A DNA stretch of 64,000 nucleotides from the human T2T-CHM13v2.0 reference genome, Homo sapiens, in NCBI RefSeq assembly GCF_009914755.1, contig NC_060940.1, one strand, 5' to 3'. Below are positions 42,052 to 64,000 of this stretch, piece by piece (positions within the stretch are counted from its first letter, which is position 1; each line of letters starts with the position of its first letter). The translations under genes and the position numbers were made by a program. Below the pieces are notes generated by a model, which saw only the letters and a program-made list of their open reading frames with translations, was not told the origin of the DNA and made no database searches.

Positions 42052-42635
42052 TAATAAACATGTGAAAAAGCATTGAGTCATTAGTCATCAGGAAAATGCA
42101 AATTAAAACAGCACTTCATACTCATCAAAATCTGAAAATGAAGAAAGGCAGGAAATAGTAAGTTTTGGTCTGGATATGATGAAACTGCAATTCTCATACA
42201 CCCCTGGCAGGAGATCTTAGGAAGACTGATCTGTCTCCTGAGGTTGAATAGATGCCTATCCTATGATCCAGTGATCCACCTGTCAGGTATATAGCCAATA
42301 AAATTTAGCTCACATGTCCAAGACAAGACATCCACAGGAATATTTAAATGTGCATAATGCCCATCAATGATATACTGGATAAAGAAAATGTGGTATATGA
42401 ACACAATACTAAGCAGCCATAAAAAGGAACAAGATCATGTGCTTTGCAAAGATGGATGGAACTGGAGCCCATTATCCTCAGCAAACTAACACAGAACAGA
42501 AAACCAAATACCACATATCCTCACTTATAAGTGAAAGCTCCACAATGGTAACATATAAACACATTGGAGGAACAACTCACACTTTGGGGCCTGTGGTGGG
42601 GGTGGGGGAGGGAGAGCATAAGAATAGCTAATGCA
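41590..42635 (+). mobile_element. Old L1M/L1PB 3' fragments with an inserted Alu (41738-42047)
   Basis: AAATGAGCAAAAGACCTGAAGACACACTTC, GAAAATGCAAATTAAAAC, GATAAAGAAAATGTGGTATA. Confidence 0.8.
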
Positions 42636-42766
42636 GGCTGGGCACAGTGGCTCACACCTGTAATCGCAGCACTTCAGGAGGGCGAAGCAGACCTATCACC
42701 TCAGTTTGGGAGTTTGAGACCAGCCTGGGAAACATGGTAAAACCCTGTCTCTATTAAAAATACAAA
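42636..42766 (+). mobile_element. Alu left arm; L1 begins in its A-rich linker and the right arm is absent
   Basis: ...CTCTATTAAAAATACAAA joined to the L1 5' end. Confidence 0.9.
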
Positions 42767-48505
<5,739 letters not shown>

Positions 48506-48508
<3 letters not shown>

Positions 48509-48520
48509 CACCACACCTGG

Positions 48521-48559
<39 letters not shown>

Positions 48560-48678
48560 GGTAGAGAGGAGATCTTACTAGGTTGTCCAGGCTGGTCTCA
48601 AACTCCTGGGCTCAAGCCATCCTGCCGCCTTGGCCTCCAAAAGTGCTCGGATTATAGGCTGAACCACCACCCCCAGCC
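48506..48678 (-). mobile_element. AluJ-like left arm plus T33, fused to the truncated L1
   Basis: GCCACCACACCTGGC(T)33...CTCAAACTCCTGGGCTCAAGC. Confidence 0.9.
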
Positions 48679-49511
48679 GTGATTCCAACGCATGAGTTTT
48701 AGGGAAGGGGGCTGGTCCAAATGGACAGGAAGTTCGCAGCTCCAGAAGGGGCCTCGATTTGAAGGGGACTGCTGTGATGGAACCTCTCTGGGTGCAGTGC
48801 TTTCAATTGTCGTCACATGCCTTTGTCAGCAAACATTGAGCATGAACAGGTTTTTTCAGCTCAGAAATTAACTGTATTCTAATATGCTGTATTACAACAG
48901 ATACCCCAAAGGAAAATTTTGAAGTAAGATTTTCTAAAGTTGACTCTTAGGTTTATACATCTACCCAACGACTTGTTTTATGCGTCCCCTAGGGCACACA
49001 GACCCCATCGCAGCAACCTCGGCATTAGATGGAGTTTGTACGATTCTTCTCAACCAGCTCCCGAAGTACAATGGTAGCAAATGAATTCAAGTCCAGCAGC
49101 CAAACCTTCTGTCCCAGGACAGTCATTATCTTCACAGCAGTCACCAGCCACGTTCCTCTTAAGGAACAGCCTTGGGACTCAGGCTGAGAGAATGGGACAA
49201 AAGGCACCTGGGGCCATTTCCATCGTTTCAGCTTCCTGTCCTTTTCTTCTACCTCTTTCTAGAGGTTTCCATCAAAGAGTACCGAATTGGGCTGCGCTGT
49301 GTGAAGTATGTAACTGTCTACATGCATATCACGAGAACTTCCCCAGTAGCCGGAGTATTTCTGGAAGCCACTGTGGTGGACAGCCCTTAAGACCCCAATA
49401 TCTATTCCTCCTCCTTTATAGAAGGACAGAACATCCAGTTTTCAATGGGACACATGGCCACCCAGAATAAAAGCTGTTTCCCAGCCTCTTGGAAGTTACG
49501 AATGGCCATGG

Positions 49512-49861
<350 letters not shown>

Positions 49862-51221
49862 TGATGCGCTATATCCCTCACCATCCTCCCACAATCAGCC
49901 CACAAAAGATAAACCTTTTTAGACTGTCATGGAAGGAACACAGAAGAACCCTTAAGTCCCATGATAAACATGTAACCTTTGTTTGTTAGGTAACATGAAT
50001 GAGAAAATGGAGACCTTCATTCTGAAGCTGTCCATCAGCGTCTGTCCATCACCACATAGGGCCCAAAAGTAAGACCCACGGTGCGTTACAAGCTGTTGTG
50101 TAGACATGACCCAAGCTTGATTTCTAGGTTTCTGGTGGCAATCCGGAACAATCCACCTCTCACTGTCCCCAATCCATAAAGAGTCCTTCAGTTGAATATC
50201 ACCAGGAACAAAGTTGCTGTTAATTCTTAAGTTGCCTCTGCACAAATCACCAAAGTATTTATTCTCCTAGACAGATGCAGTCCTACACTTAGCTTCACAG
50301 GCTTGGCGAGTGGGGCACCGGTCAGGCTTCAACTCCTACAGGCTCCATCAGAGGACATCCTGGAATTGTGTGCAACCTGTTCAACTGCACATGGCAGCCT
50401 TAAAGAGGTCCAGGATTTCCATCTGAGGTATTAAGAAAAGCAATCATAACTCTTCCTTCCACTCCCCAAAAGCATCACAAGGTCTTACCCACAGAGCTCA
50501 GCTTTAGTGAGCAAACTTCTTATACCTCAAATAAGAATCCTGTTTGGACAATGAAGAATCTGCCTTTGGCTAAGTGTTGGCTGCTGTGTAGATAATGTGC
50601 ATATTGCCTAAACAGTCAGGCTCTGAAAATTGGGGAACTTCATCCCATTGCAATGGAAATAGTCAAGGTAAGGGAAGGCCTGGAGATGCAGGTTGGCCTT
50701 TGTTTTCTGGGGTTCTCAGACTCAGTACCTTCACAGTTCAGGAAGCCTCTGTCCTCCTCCTCACATAGCAGATACCACCTTGATCCTGCTCATCTTCCCT
50801 GGTTTCAGTAGAAGTCATTTTTTTGAGCATCTGTTACTCACAAGGACAGGTGGCTAACACATTTTAGAGCTACCATGTTAGGTGGGAATTGACACCCAGA
50901 GCAAGGCCACACAACTAGAGTGAGCCACACTCACACTCAGGGTAGCCAACTCCCAAAGCTAGCGATCCTTGGTGAAAGTCCAAATACCAACATCAATAAC
51001 ACTTAAGAGCGTGTTAATGCTTATCAGTTTCTAAGCCCCAAAGTCACTACTGTTCCTTATACAAAAAACATGCCTCCAATGAATGCAAATTAAGACCACA
51101 GTGATTTGTCATTTTAGAAATACCAGGCTGGCAAAAATGTCAAAACCTAATACGTTATAGTAGGCAGAGAAATGGCCCCGTGCAAGCATCCATCTCCTCC
51201 TGTCATGGGACACATCGTGGG

Positions 51222-52745
51222 TCATGGCAATGGCAAGGGCAGCCCATGTGGAGCAGCTACTGCAGGATGCCAGTTGCAGAGGCGGCAGCATGGCCAGGGC
51301 TGCGCAATTCAGAGCCAGCAAGACCTGGGAACATGCATGAGCCCCACCCTCCTGGGCACAACTGCAGCCACCCGGCTGTGGTTCTGGACCCGGGCATCCC
51401 TGTGCTCTCAGGGGGCTGGGAAGCCTCCCCTCCTACCGCAGGCTCCGAAGTGCCTGTTCCCACTTCCCTGGCCTGTCCCTGGATCCGGTGCCCACTTCAA
51501 TTTCAAAGCAAAGTTGTGGCCAAGCCTAGACACTTTAGTAACCCACCTGGGGGGTACATGTGCTTCGGGCAGGATTCAAACACCAGCATATACACCACCA
51601 CCCCCAACCACTACCTTGGCCCCCTCTGGACTTTGGGTGGCACTAAGTGTGGGAGGGAGGTCGGGGTGGCTGAGGGCAGCTCAGCATGGGCCTGCAAGAA
51701 TCCCTAGGCCCAAACAGCCTGGGTGCTGTGGACAGCATGTTGATGGCGGGAGGCAGACACGTTTCTGGACAGAAAGGGGTAGGTCCCTGGTGAAACCTCA
51801 CCTTCAAAGCCAGGGATGGCCTGAAGCCCGGGCTGTCTGTTCCAGGTGGAGTGAGAACTTATACTGCTTTCACTGGGCCCACTCATGGACCAATCAGCAT
51901 GTACTTCCTTTCTTCTGAGCCTCTAACAACCCCAGACTCAGCCAGACTAACACAAGTCGGGACTACCAGCTACAGGAAGGAGTTACCCACTTCGGGTCTC
52001 CTCTCTGGTGAAAGCTGGACAGTCATCAGGACAACCTGCCTTTGGGAAGAAGCTACCCTCCGCAAGCCTCCCGAGAGCTGTTCCGTCACTCAGTGAAGCT
52101 CTTCTCTACCTTGCTCACCCTCCAGTTGTCCGTGTACCTCATTCTTCTAGGAAGGAGGACAAGTACTTGGGACCCGCCAAATGGTGGGACTGAAAGAGCT
52201 GTAACAAACAGGGCTGAAACACACCCACACACACTAACTTGCCACATTGCATGTATTGAGAAGGAAAGAGTTGCAGTCCTCCAGGGAACCCAGATCTAGG
52301 GGGCTCCCCAAGCCAGGACTGTAACACCCTCTTTGGGGATCAGGAGTTCCTGGCATCTCCAAGCTTCCAGCTGCCAGCACATACCCCTTGTTCAGACAAG
52401 GGTACCCACAGAAACAGCCACATGTGGTACGTCTGGTCCAGTCAGCCTTGCAGAGTCAGCACCTGTGCCAGTACCCAGAGCTGCCTGCCCTGTTGTAGCA
52501 CCCAGCACACCTGGCCATACACAGCAGCCAGGCCCCACGCTTGTCACCCACACACCCGTCGTCACTTCGTGCCTGGCTCACCCTTGGAAGGTATGGGGTT
52601 CTGGGCCAGTGGCATGAGCCAAGTGCAGCCTGCTTAGCCAGGTGAGCACAATGAGCCCAGCAGGTGTGAGCAATGCTCAGGCAGAAGGTCCCACTGACCA
52701 CAGGGGTTTCCAGTTGCAAAGCAACACCCTAAGGATCTTGTGATG
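51222..52745 (+). mobile_element. MER52-family ERV1 solo LTR (GC-rich, ~1.5 kb) within MLT1 sequence (continuing to ~53080)
   Basis: CCTTCAAAGCCAGGGATGGCCTGAAGCC, CATGGACCAATCAGCATG, GACTGAAAGAGCTGTAAC motifs recalled from MER52. Confidence 0.7.
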
Positions 52746-53357
52746 ATGGCAAGGGGGCATGAAGGATACAGATGGGATCAAGGTTGCTAACCAGCTGAGT
52801 GTGATGGCAAGATTATCCTGGATTAGCTGGGTGTGCCCAGTGTCATTCACAGGGGTCCTTAGAAGTGGAAGCGGAGAGCAGAGAAGGTCACTGCCAAGAG
52901 ATGCTCTTCGAGGATGGAAGGGGCCACAGGCCAAAGGAACACAGGTGGCCTCTAAAAGCTGGAAAAAGGAAACAGTCACCTCTAGGAGCTTCCTGAAGGG
53001 ATGCAATGGACACCTTCATTTTATCCCAGAGACTCATCTCACTTTTGACGGAGATCGATGTGATCCTGTCTAGAGAAATGAACATGTGTACGCCCTGTTG
53101 CCCTATTCCCTGAAGACTCCACCCCTAGGTTAAACACTATTAGGGGCCTATTGCTCCTGTAACAGGTGACCAGAGTTAGTAGCTTAAGACATTCCTTGGG
53201 GTGTGGCCTTTTTCCTTCATCTCCAAAGCCAGATGAAGTTAGCCCCTCTCACTTCAGATCTCTCATCTTCCACTTAGTTTCACTTCTCAAGTCCTTGTAG
53301 CATCTCTCTCAACACAGCCAGGATAGGCTCTCTGCTTTTAAGAGCTTATGGAAATAA

Positions 53358-53595
<238 letters not shown>

Positions 53596-54826
53596 AACTT
53601 ATATTGGATGCACCTGGGTAATTCAGCATAATCTCCCCCATCTCTGTTGCTTTAATCACAGCTGCTAAGTCCCTTCTGTCCTACAAGGTAATACCCGTAG
53701 GTTCCAAGGATTATGAGGTAGACGCCTTTAAAGGACTTTGGCAGTGCCCAAGGTGTAGGGAGAGCTGATCAGCCATGGCTGCCTTCCACGTAGAGGGAGG
53801 TGCATGGTAAACAGTGTCAGGGACTAGGAGCTACTGGACACAGTGGGGCTTGGCCTCAAGGCCGCCTTCCATAAAAGCCCACTACTCTGTTGCTGTGGGG
53901 TTGAGTGAAGCACAAACAGCAACGCAAGCAGCCCCGACGGGAGGCTCCTGCAACATCCATGCAGGCGGTTCCAGAAGCCCAGCCCAGGGCTCCCATGTAG
54001 GAAGAGACCCCCCAGTGGACTGATTCAAGGGGTGCCCACAGTGGCCTGCCGTCTCAGACTCGGGGTAGGGGACAGGATGAAGGAGGTATGTCGGTAGCAC
54101 ATCCCTTCCACCACCTCCTCCCATAAACAGACTGCAAAAACTGCTGACACTCCCTGAAGTTCCTCCTCTGTCCCCGGAGGAACATTTGACGTGAAACACG
54201 GTCGTCATTTGCCATGTGCTGAGAGAGGCCCTGGCGGAAGAAGACGCATGTTAATGAGGAGGGAGTTGAAGGGGAATGGAAGAAAATGACCACCATCTGC
54301 TCCAGGGCTTTGGGGAAAGGGAGAGACTAGGACAGATGTAGAGTCAGTGACCCCAATTTAGTCTCAACTGCAGCTGTCTCAAGGTCTGGGCTGTAAGGGC
54401 CCAGGTGTCCTTGGTGATGCCCTTAGCAGGCAGAGGCCATTTCCATGGTTCCCACCTAGAAAGGGCCCTTCATCTTCTCAATGACAACATGGTCACCCAT
54501 TGTAGTCGGTCAGCACTGGGGGTCTGTGGGAGGGGTTCTCCAGGCAGAGGCACAGCCAGAGGACAATAAGTTAGCCAGAGCAAGAGGTTTGGGTAGGGAG
54601 AAGGCACTGAGGCAGGAAGGCTGGCACCAGGACAGATGGATCTGAAGTGGGGTCAGTCATGTCTTTCTATGGGTGATCACATTTTCTAGGCAAAGTTGGG
54701 AGTGCAGGTGAAGAGGTCATATATCCCCCAAATGCTGTTCAAATCAAGAACTTCTAAAACAAAAATATTTCAGTTTTTGCAGTGACGGCATCAGGTGTAG
54801 AAGGGTAGGTCCTATTATTGCCATCT

Positions 54827-60776
<5,950 letters not shown>

Positions 60777-60904
60777 ATTATTGCCATTTAATGGATGGGG
60801 GAACTGAGGCCCAGATAGATTAAAAGGTTGAAGCTAATCCGTATACAAGTTTGGGTTAAAGTTCTGGCCTGTGGCTCACATGGCTTTTTTATATTTTGTT
60901 TGTA

Positions 60905-61184
60905 TTTTTGAGACAGGTTCTTGCTCTGTTACACAGGCTGCAGTGCAACGGCACAATCATAGTACACTCCAGCCCCTACCTCCTGGGCTCAAGCCATCCT
61001 CCCTCAGCCTCCCAAGTAGTTGGGATTACAGGCACATATTGCCACACCCCATTAATTTTTGTGTTTTTAGTGGAGACAGGGTTTTGCCTTGTTTCCCAGG
61101 ATGGTATCAAACTCCTGAGCTGAAGCCATCCTCTTGCCTCGGCCTCCCAAAGTGCAGGTGTTGTGTGAGCTACTGTGCCCAGCT
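60905..61184 (-). mobile_element. AluJ-like
   Basis: Antisense dimer with GGGCTCAAGCCATCCTCC. Confidence 0.9.
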
Positions 61185-61434
61185 ATGCGTGCCTTGTTTA
61201 TCCACAGAAGTGGTCAGAAAGCTTCCTGGGAGCAGGGCTGTGGGTTAAGGCTCTGACCAACCCACGCACATTCCCCATCTCCAAACACAATGAGCCCGTA
61301 GCAATGAACCCTTGTTAGCCGATTTCATCAACTGAATGCACTTTCCTCAGATCTGATTAGACAAACAGGCTAGCCTGAATCCCAGCTGGGGTGGGAAAGA
61401 GACACAGGGAAACAAAACACAACCGGCTATAAGC

Positions 61435-61589
61435 CAGGGGATGGCCAAGTATTTCTGTAAAGGGCCAAATATTTTTAGGTGCAGATCATGAGATTCCCAT
61501 TGCCAACTATTCAACTGATGCGTGGACAAGGCTGTGTTCCAACTCACCTTTATTTACTAAACAGGTGGGCCAAAGTTTGCTGACCTCTG
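61435..61589 (-). mobile_element. MER58A-like MITE, internally deleted
   Basis: TTTCTGTAAAGGGCCA...GGCTGTGTTCCAA...AGTTTGCTGACCTCTG. Confidence 0.7.
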
Positions 61590-62161
61590 CACACTATGAT
61601 CAATCTATTGAAAGCCAGTCATGGGGATGGGGGTACCTGTTAGATCTGAAAAAATGAGATCTGTCTCTGTTCTTTATAAAGTGGGGGAGGAAGGGCGGTA
61701 TGGTAAGAAAATGAACAAATTCTGTGCTGAAGACTGAATAATGGTATTTACCTTTGATTTCTTGTTTACTGCATGTCAGGTGCCGTACATTATTCGCTGT
61801 AAGCCTCAAAAACTCAGGAAGATTTAGCCCCATTCTCCAGATAAATGAAGTGGCTCAGAGATGTTAAGTTGCTGGAGATCACATAGGCAGGATTCTAACA
61901 CGAAAGCTTATTCTCATTTCGCTATGTTCCACTGGGCCTGATCCAGTCTCAGCCTCAATTCTCCTGTTTGGGTGGTGCTATGTTATCCAGCAAGATGACC
62001 CTGCAAAGTCAATGCTGTGTATTCAAGGCACAATAGACAGTCTTCTAGAGGCAGTAGCCTCCACCTAGCACAATATGGTGACAAGGTAGCCCAAGCTGTC
62101 TGACCACTTCAGCCCAAATAATTTCACACAAGCATGAAAATTAGAGAAGATGTCATAATGG

Positions 62162-62694
62162 TGTCAGAGGGATTTGAACCAGAGCAACTCCATCTTGGGT
62201 AGGAGCTGGATAAAATGAGGCTGAAACTATTGGGCTGCATTCCCAGACGCTTAAGACACTTAGTCACAGGATGAGATAGCTGTATCTTGTGCCGACCTGT
62301 TTGCTGATAAAACAGGTTGCAGTAAAGAAGCCGGCCAAAACCCACCAAAACCAAGATGGTGCTTAAAGTGGCCTCTGACCGTCCTCACTGCTACACTCCC
62401 ACCACTGCCATGACAGCTTACAAATGCCATGGCAACATCTGGAAGTTACCCTATATGGTCTAAAGAGGGGAGGTATGAATAATCCACCCCTTGTTTAGCA
62501 TGTCAAGAAATAGCCATAAAAAAAGGCAACCAGCAGCCCTCAGGGCTGCTCTGTCTATTGAGTAGCCATTCTTTATTCCTTGATTTTCTTAATCACCTTG
62601 CTTTCACTTTACAGACTTGTGCTTTCTTTCTTTCTTGCAGGAGATCCAAGAACCATCTCTCTCGGGACTGCATCAGGAACCCTTTCATGTAACA
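62162..62694 (+). mobile_element. MER41A ERV1 solo LTR
   Basis: TGTCAGAGG..TTTGAACCAGAGCAACTCCATCTTG start, GTAACA end; GGGGAGGTATGAATAATCC lacks the MER41B tandem GAS block. Confidence 0.85.
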
Positions 62695-62896
62695 ATAATG
62701 GTAGAAGCACCTGGGATTTGGGAAAATCTTGGAGAGTACTTTGAATTTCTAAAAACCCATGAAAAGGGAGATTTTAAAAATTCACCAAGTGTTACCTAGA
62801 TCTTTAGGGGTCCAGAGATGCCAACTAGTTTTGGGGCTCCACACCACAATGCAATAAAAAAAATGAGGCTGCTTTGGTCGAAAAGGGAGGTAACAA

Positions 62897-63570
<674 letters not shown>

Positions 63571-63571
63571 T

Positions 63572-64000
63572 TGAAGGATGTAATACCTCTTCCAAGATTT
63601 TAGCCTGTCAATTGTTAAGTACAATGAGTTCTGACATCCCATCCAAAGAGCCAATCTATCAGTACACGTTCGGCTCCCGTTTTGTCCATTTTAAAGTTTA
63701 ACTTCCTCGTTCTCATCTCCTTGCCCCTAGTTTCAGTAAACAAGCTTTTCCACCAGTTCTAATCAGTAGGTCACATGTGTTGCCCTGGTCACCTACTCCA
63801 TCCTGAGTCAACGCTGGTTACCTGCTCTGACTTCAATCATCGTGACTCACCGGTTCTGTCCAGTCATTCCTGCTTCTCAGACTTGTACCCACTGCTCTTT
63901 AAAATAGCCATTCGGAATTAGCTTACACTGTGGTCCAACCCTAGCCAATAGGGGAATGACAGCAGTAGAGGCTACCTGTCTCAGAAATAAGAACCCCTTC
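63572..64000 (+). mobile_element. LTR10-family ERV1 LTR (runs off the window)
   Basis: TGTTAAGTACAATGAGTTC, CCCTGGTCACC repeats, AGCCAATAGGGGAA; AP-1 motifs at 63804 and 63843. Confidence 0.65.

Noticed and set aside
51172-51918. 248-aa ORF (and overlapping 175-aa ORF), the longest in the window
   Set aside because: Lies within a GC-rich MER52-type LTR where stops are scarce; no recognisable domain.
62466-62485. MER41 as an interferon-gamma/STAT1 enhancer
   Set aside because: The tandem GAS block of MER41B is absent; this is the MER41A type.

Overview
Primate (very likely human, 16p13.1) genomic DNA. It contains the 3' end of SNX29 on the + strand: about 19.5 kb of intron, the terminal coding exon (19549-19672) and a ~5.7 kb repeat-poor 3'UTR. 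About 38 kb of repeat-dense intergenic DNA follows. Across the window are about 30 Alus, two near-full-length L1PA3/4 elements, MaLR/ERV1 LTRs, hAT/Tigger MITEs and MIR/L2 remnants. No other protein-coding gene is supported; the other ORFs are repeat-derived or chance. The most unusual feature is how the repeats have been damaged. Six separate 19-47 bp micro-inversions can be read directly (3 in the L1s, 2 flipping Alu tails, 1 in MER41A). There is also a ~390-bp inverted duplication, very many 2-17 bp microhomology deletions that often hit the same positions in both L1s, a large junctional deletion, and an excess of C<->G transversions. Together these suggest a local germline break/template-switch mutational hot zone around the SNX29 termination region. 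A strong CTCF motif lies between the proximal and distal poly(A) signals. Gene and repeat-family identities come from recalled sequences, not from searches. Repeat boundaries are approximate.
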